A stretch of 62,485 nt of DNA, filler included, from Globobulimina sp. (Eukaryota): the NCBI GenBank assembly GCA_003354225.1. It is 40 parts of 40 records of this genome, joined end to end, with 100 filler letters (N's around TTAATTAATTAA, not from the genome) between each part and the next. Parts side by side here need not be neighbours in the genome. Positions count along the whole stretch, not along the records: positions 36,003 to 37,466 come from PIVH01016261.1; positions 37,567 to 39,030 come from PIVH01016262.1; positions 39,131 to 40,594 come from PIVH01016263.1; positions 40,695 to 42,158 come from PIVH01016264.1; positions 42,259 to 43,722 come from PIVH01016265.1; positions 43,823 to 45,286 come from PIVH01016266.1; positions 45,387 to 46,850 come from PIVH01016267.1; positions 46,951 to 48,414 come from PIVH01016268.1; 32 more parts are not named here. One strand, given 5' to 3'. Shown one piece after another: positions 36,003 to 50,078 of this stretch. The position numbers and the translations under genes are program-made. The stretch's first letter is position 1. Every line of letters starts with the position of its first letter. The notes beneath the pieces were generated by a model that made no database searches, was not told the DNA's origin, and worked only from the letters and a program-made list of their open reading frames with translations.

Positions 36003-37466
36003 ATTTGAAATTATTTTATTATCATTCTCGTTGAAACCAATCAATTTATCCCGTAAATCTTTATTTAATTTATTATATTGTGAGCGTATGAGATATATAT
36101 TGTTACCTTCCTTCATTTCATTGATTAAATTATGTATCATTCCCACAAATAATTGCAATAAATAATTTGGTATTTGATTTTTATAATATTGTATAAATAT
36201 ATTAAATGATTCATATTGATTATTATTATAATTTTATTTAACATATTTCTGAATTTTGGCATTGTTTCTATTTGTTGTTTATTATTATTCTTATTCTCAA
36301 CATCTTCATTTTCAATAACTTCAGTTATAAATTTATTATTTTTTGTGTTTCGTTGGCTTATTAAACTTCGAATTTTGGGTAATTTGTTTTCTTTTTTTTC
36401 TTGTTCTTTTGGTGTGTTATTATATGGAATAAATCTCAATAAACACTGTCGATGAGATAAAAACATATGATTTTTAACAAATACTTTTAAAATATTGAAT
36501 TCTTCGTTTTGTGTGTAACCAAAATATTCATTTTGTATTTGATTTTGAATATAATTATTATGTTTTTGTGAAATGCAAATATCATTTTTACATTTTGTGA
36601 TTAACAGATAATAATTCAATATATCATTCATATGATGTTTCTGAATATGATTAAAATCATTTATTGTCTCAATAATATTATATTTATTGCCTTCATTCTC
36701 AATACAAATGCAATTATTATACAAAGACACAAAATCAACCACCTTTTTATTTTTATTATTATTCACTTGATAATCAATAAAACATTGCTCAAACAGCTCA
36801 AATAAATAATTAATTCGCCTGATTGCTAAACATCGATAAGCATTATTCTCAGTACAATATTCCTCACAAATATTATCATTGATTGTAAACCATTTTAATC
36901 TGATTTTGCCATACAACTCATTTGAAACATTATTTTTATTATTATTTATTACAAATATATTTGAATTAATTTGTAATTGACGCACGTCTCTATCAATTGA
37001 TAACTTATTTAAAATATTATTATAAAATCGATTATATATTTCACAAAAATTAACAAAATCTGATTCCTGTTTTATAAATGCTTTTAATTTAATATTTATA
37101 AATTCTTGAAATAGGGAATAATGCATTTCATACAAATAATCTGTCAATTTTGCGTTTGATTGTTTTTTGAGAAATGGTAAAATTTTATCTCGAACAATTA
37201 TAAAACATATTTTTAATTTATTTTCAATTTCTGTCATATTATCATATTGGTTTAATGCAAAATATTCATCATATTGATTATTAAGTATTGCTCCAAATTT
37301 ATGTTTTGATATTGAGCCTGCTTTGCAATATCGATAAATATCATCCTTATAATCACTCCATTCATCATATTTGGATGGGAAACGAGTATAATGTATTTTT
37401 AATCGCGAACCAGATTTATCAATAATTGTTGCCGCATAATACATATCATTCCCACTATATCGGTGA
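36003..37466 (-). CDS. Tudor-knot/chromo-barrel domain protein fragment with an apparent frameshift near 36230
   Basis: YYAATIIDKSGSRLKIHYTRFPSKYDEW; the reading frame changes in an Asn-rich tract. Confidence 0.65.
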
Positions 37467-37690
37467 NNNNNNNNNNNNNNNNNNNNNNNNNNNNNNNNNN
37501 NNNNNNNNNNTTAATTAATTAANNNNNNNNNNNNNNNNNNNNNNNNNNNNNNNNNNNNNNNNNNNNGTGTACAATTTGTTGGAAGAAGTCGCATATATTT
37601 GCATGACTCGAAATCCGTAATAATAATCTAAATAATAAATGAGACTAAAAAAAAAGAAAGAAAAAAGCATGAACATAGAAGACTATAAAT

Positions 37691-38960
37691 CTATTTTAAG
37701 AGACTGTTATTTATTTTATGATGGCAAGCAAGCAACGATTGAAAATACAACGCTTTACAATCCTCCTCACTAAATGATAAAAACGAAGGCAAATTATCAA
37801 TCACCGTCCATTTCCGGATCCAATCCCTTGGATCATAGAACTCAATGTAACCCCAATCATCCTTAATATTCAGATTCCCCATATTTATATTTTTCTGCAC
37901 ATTGTCATTTTTCTCCTTCAATAACTGTTGCTGTTTCTTAATATATTCGTCGCCATACAAGCGACCATCATTGCCCACCACCACAATCACACCGTACCCA
38001 GAATTGATGAAAGGGTTCAAATCATGATACACAGCGCACGCCGGATAATATTTATGCGGATGGTTGGTATTCTTGAGCACATACCACTGGTTTTTATGTG
38101 CATCGTACTCCTCCACCGAAGTGGTCGTCTTCTTATTCCAGCCACCAATGATAACCATATTATTATTCTTCTCTTTCCACTCACACAAACCCGCACTGTT
38201 TCGCTTCACATTCAACGACGACAACTGCCGCCATTCCCGTTTATGGAAATTATACATTTCCACAAAACTCAAATCGCGTTCATTCCACCCACCAGCCACA
38301 AATAATTGTTCCTCGTGTTTGTTATTGGATTTATACAGTCCAACACTGGGACAATCTCGTCGATATTTCATGCCTCCACCCCCTAAATTATACCATTTCA
38401 ATTCTGGAGTGGGCGGAATTTCTAATTTCTCCTCGTTTGCGCGCAAATTCATATTACGCACATTGTAATAATGCGTCAACTTGGTGGTGGAGATTAAGTT
38501 TAATTGCTCCACTGAGCTCAACACCGCTTTCCGTTGGTGAGATTTCTCCTTTTTATTATCTTTCTGCTCCTTTTCAATCTCCGCCAATTGGTATTTTACA
38601 TCGGGTTTATCGATGGGTTCGCCGCCTACACACAATATGCCATGGATGTTGCTGTAAATTACGCGGTGATTAAAGCGTGGAATTAATAATTGCGGCAATT
38701 GGAACACCACATCGGTACCTAATTATATTTAACATTTAATATAAATATAAGCATAAATATATATTCATACCTAATATATTACATATGTTGGAGTTGTGCG
38801 ATGCGTTCAAACTGTCGCCGCCGATACGATACAAGATATTAAAAGTACAAATGCAATTATTTAAGGTGGCGACACAAGACGCAATGTGCTGCTCTTTCGA
38901 TTTCTGCGTAATGCCAATGATGCCATCAATGAATATATGTCAGCGTTGTCATCAGAACAC
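37691..38960 (-). CDS. Kelch-repeat protein, C-terminal part (intron 38719-38770; upstream limit uncertain)
   Basis: Repeated GG...VE-x-Y...W Kelch units (LFVAGGW, VEMYNFHKREW, IIGGW, VEEYDAHKNQW). Confidence 0.88.
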
Positions 38961-40947
38961 TAAAATTATAATTTAAAAATTAGCAGGTTGTCCGTCAATG
39001 CACGTTTTTCCGTCTCAGATCTGTGGTATANNNNNNNNNNNNNNNNNNNNNNNNNNNNNNNNNNNNNNNNNNNNTTAATTAATTAANNNNNNNNNNNNNN
39101 NNNNNNNNNNNNNNNNNNNNNNNNNNNNNNTTATAATTACAAAGAAGCTCTAAAAACAAATTTTCCTGAATATCTGACAAAGTTCCAAATCTGACAAAGA
39201 TTCAATTCAGGGTCCAATTTCGACCCTCAGAATTTTTCCAGGCCGAATTGATTTAATACCAGCTTACTTTAAAAAATGGAGAATGGGATACCTTTTTCAC
39301 TTTTTGGCCATTCTTGGTTGTGTATACGTGTAATGTAGGGTTGGCGAATTTGCCATAAGTAAAGATATGTTGTTTCCGATTGGACCCAAACTTTTTTTGG
39401 GATCTAGAGACATCAAGAATTTGATATTTTTGGTAATTTTATCATGGTAACCATAATATGCGAGTTTTTTTGAAATGGTCCACCAACCAACATAAGTAAG
39501 AAAGAGTAACGCTATACATATATGAATGTTTGGGGTTCCCAACGCGCATGAAATGAAACAAAAATCAGCAAAAACTTCCAGTCTGATTTTTTGAATGGAC
39601 TTGAGTATTATCATAACAACATGTATTTGGATTAATACAAGTCGATAAGGTATAAATACTATAATATACCTATGACTGGAATATTATTCTAATCTAAGTG
39701 AATATCATTTATATGCAATACCAAAAGAAATGAGATTTAAAATCTAATTGTAAGACATGCATGGTATCTAAGTACTAGGATTCTATTCTAATGATAAAAA
39801 TCTCTTTCTGTTGAGAAAGATCGGATTAGAGTAGTCAAACATTATTCTAATCTCTATGATCAAAGTGGTGTCATTGAGTTCCATACAGATCATCCATACA
39901 TGATAAAAGTGGGTAAATTCTTGTTATTTGCAGGAGATTTATATCACAGTCTGTGGAAGAAACCAACTGTCCATAAAACGAGTGCTGCAAATCTTGATGA
40001 TCTAGGGAATTACCCAACCAAACTGATTATTATTAGTGATATTACAGATTATATCACAGAGTGGGGAAGTACCCAGATTAGATACCCGACAGATCACAAC
40101 TGATAAATTGTAGACAATATCTCAGTACAGTGAAATAAATGCTCATCTACACATATTACATTACAAACTCACAAAATATATTGTAAATTGTATTTACTAG
40201 CACTTCCCAGGGTATGTCTGTACATTACAATTAAATTAAATTAGCTAATAAAATCTTTGCTACATCATTTCTCAGATATTTATTCTAAAGGTGGTGAATT
40301 TTGCAATGAAATTAAATTAAACAAAAAATGTTAAGTATTATAATATCATTGATATTATCATCAACAAGTTCAAACCCGCCGCCAAAACTCTTGAATGCAG
40401 CAACCAAAAATAATGTGACTGTTGGCTGCAACTGGGCCAAATGATTACGTTTTTAATAAGAAGATATTTAGTTGATTGTTTTCGACTGATGGACTTGTGA
40501 ACACTCTTTTATTATTATTTTTATATTGTTTTGACAAGTGAACCATATTTGTTGGAGCTGGCTATAAACGTTATGCGGTGTATTCACTTTATTTNNNNNN
40601 NNNNNNNNNNNNNNNNNNNNNNNNNNNNNNNNNNNNNNTTAATTAATTAANNNNNNNNNNNNNNNNNNNNNNNNNNNNNNNNNNNNNNNNNNNNAATTTG
40701 CCACATGTTTCTTGATTTCAATGTCCTTGAAATATTGTCACACAAAATGCGAGATTTTACTTGTCTATGTTGATCAGCTGTTTTTTTGTTGTCCTTGCAC
40801 TCAACGATATATTCAAAAAGAGAACCACCCCCCTTTGTATACCAAAAATTCATTTATAATTTGTTCTGCCTTTGTTCTGGATTTGCAAAGCGTTCTCAGC
40901 TAATTGAATAAAATGTATACAAGCACTTAAAAAAAAACAGTCTAACC

Positions 40948-42084
40948 ATGGCTGAACAAACAGATTCCAAGAGAGAAAACGAAATTGAACTTGTGCAAGC
41001 TGTTGATGACGGCCACATATACATGGTGATAAATGCGTTGGTAAAATTGAAGGTTTGTATAGGTGTTGACTGATGCATGCAATAACTCTCAATTACAATG
41101 TCAAAGTACCCAGGATCAAGAGATCGTGATGGTGTGGAGACACCCACAATTGTTGGCGAATCAATTGAAACCCTGTCTAGATCATTTGCCAAAGCAATAA
41201 ACGATATAGCAAATAAAAAATTTGGTTATGATTATCGAGCAGCAGCCACGTCACAAGCAGCCACGTCACAGGCTACAAATTTCGAGCAAATGGCAATATC
41301 GTATCAAAGTGCTAATGATTTGAATTGTGTGCGTCTTTATATGGATGAATTTAAATCAATGGATAATTGTAAATATATGGCAAGAGCATTAATCTTATTT
41401 ATTGTAAAAACATATTTTGAGGGTAACAAACAAAGAGCGGAAGAGTTACTCAAAACAGATGCGATATATCCATATTTTCAAAAAATGCGAAAGATGGAGC
41501 GAAAAGATGCAAAGATTACTAAAATGTATGAAAAACATGCAAAGCAGTTTTACGATGTCACTGCAATCCCAAAAATAGATCCCAAGAAACAATTGGAATC
41601 TTTTGCGCGAGCACGTGAAAATACAATGTATGAATCGAGTAACTTAACAGCATTAACATCTGCGTATGAAACATATATATTAACAGCATCGTTAATATTT
41701 GGATTCAGTGTATCATTGGCCAGTGCATATTCAAGTGATGAGTTATTTAATAATAACGTGACATTGTATTTATTTCAAATATCAATATCTTTCTGCATTT
41801 CATCATCGTTTATTACATTAATGATTTTATCATTGAACATTGTTGGAATTAATAGATATATTGGTTTGGATAAAATACACGAAGCAAAACTATATTTATC
41901 AGAAACATATTATCCAAGAAGACTTGCAAGAATATCCTTTGTATTGTGTCTAGTTTCCTTTTTAACGAGTTTGTCCTTTTTATTTTTGAATGGTTTACCA
42001 ACTCCAATTGCAAGTATTAATATTGTTATATTAGTAGTGGGAGTTGCTATTGTTGTTGTTGTGAAATATAAATATAAATTATGA
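40948..42084 (+). CDS. Four-TM membrane protein with a soluble N-terminus (probable intron 41053-41106)
   Basis: Four hydrophobic segments beginning LTASLIFGFSV; a 54-bp phase-0 GT-AG intron removes two in-frame stops. Confidence 0.7.
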
Positions 42085-42258
42085 CTGCTGAAACCTATTA
42101 GGTTGTAACCAGCTGGTTGCAACGCGTGATGTGACCTTTTTTTGTGTTAACATTTTTTNNNNNNNNNNNNNNNNNNNNNNNNNNNNNNNNNNNNNNNNNN
42201 NNTTAATTAATTAANNNNNNNNNNNNNNNNNNNNNNNNNNNNNNNNNNNNNNNNNNNN

Positions 42259-43499
42259 TGATTTTTGCAACAACAAATCCGCGACATACATCAATGAGTG
42301 CTTCACCGTATCATTCAAATGGATTCTTTTTTTCTTCTCCTTAACGGGTCGAAACTTTCTCTGCCTCCGCCGATCGAACATGTTGTCATGGCACATTGCG
42401 GTGTTCCCCAACGACTGGATCCTGCTCTGTCCATTCATCATAGCCACACGACTCAGACCGCCAAAATTCTTATGTCTCCGACGTTGCCGCGCGGATTTTC
42501 GGTGCAATTTATCCTTTCTATATTCCTTAAACAACGTAGTATCGACGGTAGTGCTGTTATTATTTGTTTTATTGTGTAGCATGAACATAGACTCTGCATC
42601 TTCCATTTTGAAAAACTGATAAAATATATCCATTAACAAAAACTGAATCTTTTCGCATTCTTCGTAGATGTTGGTGCTTAATTCCACCAATACGTCCATG
42701 ACACATTCTTCTTTGAAGGCCAATATGGCGCGATCCTGCAGAAAGTCATCACATTCTATGCGATTGGGTATGGATAAGATGTTCCTTAATAGACACAAAT
42801 ATAGCTCCAATAAGTCGATATCCATCTCGCTGCGCTCGCTATTATTGGGTTGGTGCGTTTTGTGCGGAGGGTGGCGGAAAAAGATATGTTTAACTCCGGA
42901 TCGAGATCGATGGAACAATCACCCATTAAAATAATAATTTGCATCAAGACGGTGTTGTCAATCAAACATTTTTTGAATGTTTGTTGGTATTCTAGGAAGT
43001 GTTGGTATTTGCTGTAATTGACATAATTGTCGACGGTGTTGTTGGTGTTGTAGGTTAAGGGGAAAGTAAAACGAGTAAACATTTTGATTAGACACTGTAC
43101 GATACGCAATAATGGCTTTGCGTTGGCACTTTCTAAGCCGTATTTGATGATGTCTTGCATACATTGTTTAAAACATGGCACCAATTTGTTGGACATCACC
43201 ATGAACTCACCGCATTTGTTGAATATTTCATTATTATCCGTGTCATCGTCAAAGTCTTTGGTGCGTCTGTTTTTTATGTATTCGGTGCGTAATAAATATT
43301 CTAGCCGGGGTATGGCCGACGAATAATATTCGCCACGGATAAATATGGTATTTCCTGAATCATCAATGATGCCGATTGCGGACACTAATGTTGCGATTTC
43401 TTGGGAGAAATCTGCAGATTTCGCATTGTTTAGTTCGTCGATATCATTGAATTCGTCGATTTCTTCTTCATTGATATCTTCTTCGTTGTCAACTTCCAT
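42259..43499 (-). CDS. TIMELESS: Timeless/Tof1 homologue, N-terminal part (intron 42839-42894)
   Basis: LVSAIG...LEYLLR, TRFTFP and YQQTFK; splicing gives DERSEMDIDLLELYLCLLRNILSIP; RHKNFGG. Confidence 0.88.
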
Positions 43500-44341
43500 G
43501 GACTGAGTAGGGATTTTCGGAGCGTGAGTAGCATTTACTTGCTTACATTTTAAATGATGGCATGTAGAGAATAATATTATTTTTATGTTGTGAGTAAATG
43601 AGTAATAAAACTGTTTAATATTAATTAATATGTCAATAATACAAAATATAGAAAAAAAATTACGGAAAACTTATTAAAAAAATAGTAATAATATAAACAT
43701 TGGGAACAAAACACAAATGAAANNNNNNNNNNNNNNNNNNNNNNNNNNNNNNNNNNNNNNNNNNNNTTAATTAATTAANNNNNNNNNNNNNNNNNNNNNN
43801 NNNNNNNNNNNNNNNNNNNNNNCCCCCCCCCTTGTGCCACCAACCTGTTACCTGTATCCTAAAAAAAAAAGTCTTTATGCAGAATATACGATAACAGCGA
43901 CTGTTCCAAATTAATATAACTCCTAAAAACATATATTTTTTTTACATTAATCATTTTTGCAACATGAGAAACTATTTGCTGTCATTATCTCTGTTACCAC
44001 TCATCTCTTGCATTGGACTATCCATCATTACCAATGAAACGAAACGAAACTAAGCCAAAAAAGTTAATTGAAGAATTTGGATTTTGGAGAATGGAGACGA
44101 CTTTTATTTCTTATATTTTCTTCTCTTATTGTTGCGATTTTGCGGATTTCAAACCTATTCATCTTCAAATATTTCTAAAGTACAGTATAACATAAAAAAC
44201 CTGAAACGGTGAAACCTTAATAACACATAATCACAATCACACATAAAAATAAGCTAATGAAAAAAAAAGAACATGAAAAAAAACAAAGAACAATTGTTTT
44301 CGTACTGATTCAAACGTTATTTGTTCGGTTATCAGTACAAA

Positions 44342-45286
44342 TTAATTAATTTTAAAATTATACAAAATATTTGCTATCGTTTTTACAATCAATGATGGAA
44401 TATTCTTTATTGCGCTCGCTCTTTCAGTTATTTTTGGCATTTTATTGAATGTCATATGTGGCAATAATGGAAAGTTATAATATAAATTGCCGTCAACAAC
44501 AATCAATTTCGTTTCTTTTGTATTTATTATTTGTGTCCTATTTGATTTGCCAATATTTATCCCCTCATTTGATTTGTATATAAACTTTGAAATATATCCA
44601 TAAATTAAGTATTTCGATGTGTATTCCTTCATTGCTTTCTTAAAATCGTTAAATGATAATTTACCACAATTATTATCAAAATCCCACTCTTTCATCATAC
44701 ATTTTATTTCATTCAAATTGAGATTCCCACCAAAACGCAATTGTATCTGCTCAGCCTCAATAAATTCATTTAAATCATCCGTATGAAACAACTGATTAAT
44801 ATATTTATCATCACATAACAATTTCCTATGCCATAAATATTTAAATTCATCAAAATCAACAGTTCCATCTCCAGTTAGATCCGCATTTTTAACTATTTTG
44901 AGTGCCTGATAGTTTGCCATTTTTTCATCGTATCCAATATCTAATAACAACGTTTCAAACTGTTTCTCATTTAAAAATCCATCATTGTTCCTATCCAAAC
45001 GCTTAAAATGCATCAATATTTTCGAAGTGTCATCAACATGTTTGCAATGATTACATGTATGTTTTATAATAAGTTGCTTTAATTTACTTTGGTATCCATA
45101 TTGTGTCAGATTCAAAACCGTACAAACTTCATTATTTAACTCTATATCCGCAGAAGCAATACATTTAATCCACGGATGTCTCAAAGCTTCATCAATCTGC
45201 AGCCTTTCATATGGGTTTTTATCTAAAATTTTGTAAATAAAATCTCGAAATCCATCCGATATCTCAGCTGGAACTGTCAAATTATC
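44342..45286 (-). CDS. Calcium-dependent protein kinase (CDPK-like): end of the kinase domain plus EF-hands
   Basis: DFIYKILDKNPYERL...ALRHPW, junction, and EF-hands DRNNDGFLNEKQ, DLTGDGTVDFDE and DFDNNCGKLSFND. Confidence 0.88.
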   Translation of the reverse strand, partial: DNLTVPAEISDGFRDFIYKILDKNPYERLQIDEALRHPWIKCIASADIELNNEVCTVLNLTQYGYQSKLKQLIIKHTCNHCKHVDDTSKILMHFKRLDRNNDGFLNEKQFETLLLDIGYDEKMANYQALKIVKNADLTGDGTVDFDEFKYLWHRKLLCDDKYINQLFHTDDLNEFIEAEQIQLRFGGNLNLNEIKCMMKEWDFDNNCGKLSFNDFKKAMKEYTSKYLIYGYISKFIYKSNEGINIGKSNRTQIINTKETKLIVVDGNLYYNFPLLPHMTFNKMPKITERASAIKNIPSLIVKTIANILYNFKIN

Positions 45287-45689
45287 NNNNNNNNNNNNNN
45301 NNNNNNNNNNNNNNNNNNNNNNNNNNNNNNTTAATTAATTAANNNNNNNNNNNNNNNNNNNNNNNNNNNNNNNNNNNNNNNNNNNNGTTGGATCCATTTA
45401 TGGTCAATGATGTCAATTTAGAAAAAGATATTATTGTTTTAGGAAATATGTATGGATATAATTTACAAAGATGGTGCTCATTTTGTATTCAACCAAAATC
45501 AGTAAAGCGTGAATATTGGAATGTTGAAGATGAAAGTGACATTTTCTTCCAAAAAAGTGAGCAAAATATGCCTGTCAAAAGACTCAAAGCTAAAAAGCAT
45601 CAGCAACCGCGTAGATATGTTCTAAATTGAATTTAATTGATTTACAAATCGTTTCCAGACACAAACTTTCTACCAGCCATTTGGACACT

Positions 45690-46450
45690 TTGATGCATTT
45701 TTGGAGTGTTTTTGCATCAATAATGCAATATTTTTATTTTTTTGCATCAATGATTATTTTATTTGCATTTTTGATGAGAAATGTTCACTTTTTTGCATTT
45801 ATGCATTTTTGTTTTGCATCAATATTTTTTGTTTTGCATCAATATTCATTTTTATTTTCATCAATGCTTTTATTTTTTGCATTTTTCGCAAATATGATTT
45901 TTTTATATTCTCGATGCAAATATGTAATCATTTTGATGATGAATTGCAGATATTTTGCATCGAAGCGTGTACATATATGAATAATTATTCATTTTGATTG
46001 TTCAGATCAAACACATTTTTTCATCAACTCAAACACATTTTTTCATCAAACACATTTTTTCATTGGATGATGGCTGCTGTTCAAAAATTTAATTTTTCAT
46101 TGCATTGCATTGTATTGAATGCAAATTTCATAAACTTTGTATTTCTTGTTTTATCTTTCGAAACAAACCAATACTTATACATAATCATATTTGCAACAAT
46201 AGACTCATGGGTTGTGTTTGAAAATGTTTGAAAAAATTGGTATTGAAAGCAGTTGGTATCAATAAAGTAATATATTCGGTCATTGCATAACATATTCAGA
46301 ACACGAACACGAACACGAACAAAAATAGAACATAAACCAGAACACGAACAAATACAGAACATATCAAATAAAACAGACCATAAAGCAGAACATAAAGCAG
46401 AACATAAAATAGAACATGAAATAGAACATCAATAAAATATAACAGAACAT
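45690..46450. repeat. Low-complexity and minisatellite tracts (TTTGCATCAAT-like; GAACAC/AGAACAT-like)
   Basis: Seen directly; the overlapping Phe-rich ORFs are by-products of the repeats. Confidence 0.75.
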
Positions 46451-46950
46451 ATCATATTTGCAGAATATGGCATATATTTTGGAGCTGATCACGTGGAGTA
46501 AGTAGACCGCTCATTACTGAACCCATAGTGGAACCATCTCAGAACCATAGCCGAACCAAGAGCATAACATTAATCAGAACACAAATCGGAACCGCGCAAA
46601 GTTCTAGAACTGCGACATGACATTGGCAAAAACTGCAACTCGAGGGCGAAAACCTCCTTGACAATGTCACAGTCGTGGACGGCAGTTTAATCGACTGCAT
46701 GCATTCGAGATCATACGTGAAATATGTGTACATACCCTGCTCATGCATACATACCGCTGACACATGCATACCGTGCAGCATCAAATCCATACTGACCATA
46801 CCATATCCATATCCATACATACCAGCCACCTAGCTATCATCACATACCTTNNNNNNNNNNNNNNNNNNNNNNNNNNNNNNNNNNNNNNNNNNNNTTAATT
46901 AATTAANNNNNNNNNNNNNNNNNNNNNNNNNNNNNNNNNNNNNNNNNNNN

Positions 46951-47902
46951 CACAACAAAAACAACTTGTCACAACAAATAAAATTATCCAAATTAGGCCC
47001 AAAATAGCAGCGTATATTAAAAAACAAAACAATAAAAACAACAATAATAAAATTTTAGCCCTAATAATAGGTAAAGAAATCAAAGACGGCTCCTGGGTAC
47101 AACTTGGAAAAAACAGCTATTTTAACCGAATATGCTCAGCGCCATTAGAAGGAGTACGTATTTTCGCATATATATATACACAATTACACATATAAAATTT
47201 GTTTAAAATTATTTGCTTATTTAACATAATATGTATACAGTTCCTCTATGAAATTTGCCGTTACATCCAAGGAGATAATGTGGAGGCTTGCGTATCGATG
47301 CACCAACTCTGTTGTTGGAGTCATATGCATTACGAGGATTTTATCGTAGATGGTCGGAAACGCGCGTTCTCGTTCAATATTAGCGAAGCCTTATTAAAAG
47401 GAATGGATCCAAATATTAACATCACTACACCCGAGATATACCACCATGTGATGTCCTCTATTTTGAAGGACAAAAAAATTTACTTGCTGCTGTATATTGA
47501 TGGAGAGAGGAAATTCAAATTGCAACTACATAGCAGAGAATTTGAAATGATAAAAAAGGACATAACGCGCAGTGGATATCACGTATGTACATACCATATA
47601 TTTCAGAAAGTCGAAAAACGTCTGAGTCATTATCGTGTGACCATGTTTTCAAAAACAGTCAGGTGGAGTGGAGCGCGTTTCGTATGCGGAGGTGCTTAAA
47701 CTGAGAGCGAAGGAGGATGCGAGAGTAGAGGTTACTATTTGCGCAGCGGTGCCGACGCGAAATCCAAAATTCCCAAATAGGACATTTTGTACAGGCTTTG
47801 GGTTTTTGGACAATGGCTATTGTCTTAGGCAGAATCTGTATCTGCACGCGAACTTTCTGACAGAGGCGAGGATACGGTTGAGGCAGCTCAGAAATTCTCG
47901 AG
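46951..47902 (+). CDS. Uncharacterised spliced gene fragment (intron ~47154-47240) with a frame change near 47665
   Basis: GGA|GTACGT donor and ATACAG acceptor join open frames; no family recognised. Confidence 0.4.
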
Positions 47903-48514
47903 GTAATATATTTATATTTATATATAGTGTACAAATAGCATTTTGTTTTGTGTTTAGTATCAAAAGTTAAATTAGCAGTTTCTGTCAGCAATGAAGGATT
48001 CGCTACATATCCGTCGGAATATGTTTTAATGGATGAAAATATATCCGGTATAGCGGCAAACACAAATAATTATAGTGCTCCATCATTACCAATATTTGAT
48101 ATCGATTCAAATGATCTCGCGTCCGTTTCGTCGATTTTTCCAACAGGTATATTATATATATTTTGTCTACAAAACATACGTTAAAATACATATTTATATG
48201 CAGTAAACTCGACAATTACATCACCAACATATTATTCGCAGAGTCATTATAATAATTGGTCGACTGCATCTTGTTTCGGTTCATTTGGTCCACAGCGACA
48301 TGCAACACCACCCATAATATCACGTCATCATACTTTATCTCCGGCGACACCGGACATATTCCCCATAATTCCTGCATTTCCAGGTACGTAATATAACTGT
48401 TTCTGTTTTTATATNNNNNNNNNNNNNNNNNNNNNNNNNNNNNNNNNNNNNNNNNNNNTTAATTAATTAANNNNNNNNNNNNNNNNNNNNNNNNNNNNNN
48501 NNNNNNNNNNNNNN

Positions 48515-49978
48515 ACAAAGTGAATTTTGGACGATATTTGTTTACGGGGCCTGGCTCCTTTTGGCCGAATATTAAATTGAGACTGAATGGGCGTAATAGG
48601 ACGCGGTGTGTCCGTGAAAGCGCCGCCATTCTCCTCCCCCACTCCAATGGGAGAAGGTGGCTGTGCTTGCTTTGTGATTTTGGGCTGTGTCACTATACTT
48701 TTTGTCGCAATTTTGGGCGAAGTGACCGACGCTTTATTTACATGTATATGTGGCGGCAGTGACTGCGCCAACGGCGATAGTCCTATATTGGCGTTATTAT
48801 TATTGTGACCATTCACGTCCGGCGATGGATAGACAAATGGCTTCGAATTCGTATTGCCTTTCAACGGCGACGCAGTAGTCTTGCTGTTGCTGTTCAGGTT
48901 ATTCCCGCCGGAGCTGCCCGCAGAACCGGCCAAATTATTATAGCTATTGCTGAAGTAATTGGGTTGGATGTAATCGTCAATGGCAGCCGGTGTATTTGGC
49001 CCAGACTTGGATAATGAGTGATATTGCTGCGATTTTTCCTCATCTTCGTCAGTTTGCCATTCTTCGTCATCCGAGCTGTATATCATACTCTCGTCTTTCA
49101 GGTCTTTATCGTCGTTGATATTCCTTTTGTAAGCCTGCGTTTTGGCGTCTTCGTTGATTGAGGTATCTATGTACAAAACCAATGGTTTCCTCACAGTTTC
49201 CAGTGTGAACAAACGAAATACAAATAAAATACCGTCGTCCTGCCACGAGACATGCAGTATATTCCGCGGTGAGTCGATGGCTCTGGTGGCCAAATGGCGC
49301 AATATCGGCGCAGGTTTGTGCTGTCTTTTTCTGATGTTGCTCCACGTAAAGTGGTAATCTTTGTTTTTTTTGTTGCAGATGCACTCGAAAAAGGGGTGAT
49401 GCATAATCTCCTCCACGCCGTAGTACTTTTTGCTTTTCTTCTTATTGGACTGCAACGGCTTGGAACAGCCCAATCTGTCCTCCCTTCGCGTGATCAACTT
49501 CGTGATTAGATCTTTTGTGATGGGGTCGATTTCAAAGTCGATCTGTCCGAATAGGGTCTCGTGCGTAATGGGGCCGCATATCTCATTACAGACTTCTTCG
49601 CGACTGCCCATAAACGGCGGTTTGCCCACAATCAAATGGTAGATCAGCACACCTAATCTCCACCAATCCGACTTCATATCGTCCACCTCATACAATAGAA
49701 ACTCAGGCGGTGCATAGCAGAGCGGCCCGCTGCGATAAATGGGGAAATCTTTGCTGTTTGGAATGGCAAATCCGAAATCCGTCAAAATAATGTGCGATTT
49801 GTGTGAGATGTAAATAGTTTCCGGGCTCAGATTGGGGAAATTAAAGTTGTTTTTGTGCAAATATTGCAGGCCGCAGATGACTTCGGCGACCAATATCCGG
49901 ACGCTCGTCACGCTCACATTCCTGAATAAGTGCAGACAATTGGTCAGACAGCCATTGCTGGGGCAATTATACGCGCTC
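48515..49978 (-). CDS. AGC-group-like protein kinase domain with a degenerate catalytic loop (probable pseudokinase) and a low-complexity tail
   Basis: AEVICGLQYLH, LTDFG, YAPPE, DWWRLG, EDRLG and HHPFF; the HRDLKPEN position reads FPNLSPET. Confidence 0.85.
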
Positions 49979-50078
49979 NNNNNNNNNNNNNNNNNNNNNN
50001 NNNNNNNNNNNNNNNNNNNNNNTTAATTAATTAANNNNNNNNNNNNNNNNNNNNNNNNNNNNNNNNNNNNNNNNNNNN

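Noticed and set aside
39131-40594. Short ORFs 39297-39614 and 39900-40103
   Set aside because: No motifs or convincing splice structure; treated as non-coding.
42786-42918. Programmed frameshift in Timeless
   Set aside because: A 56-bp GT-AG intron (42839-42894) restores the frame and the conserved motif.
45627-46362. Phe-rich ORFs as membrane proteins
   Set aside because: They arise from T-rich simple repeats that are open in several frames.
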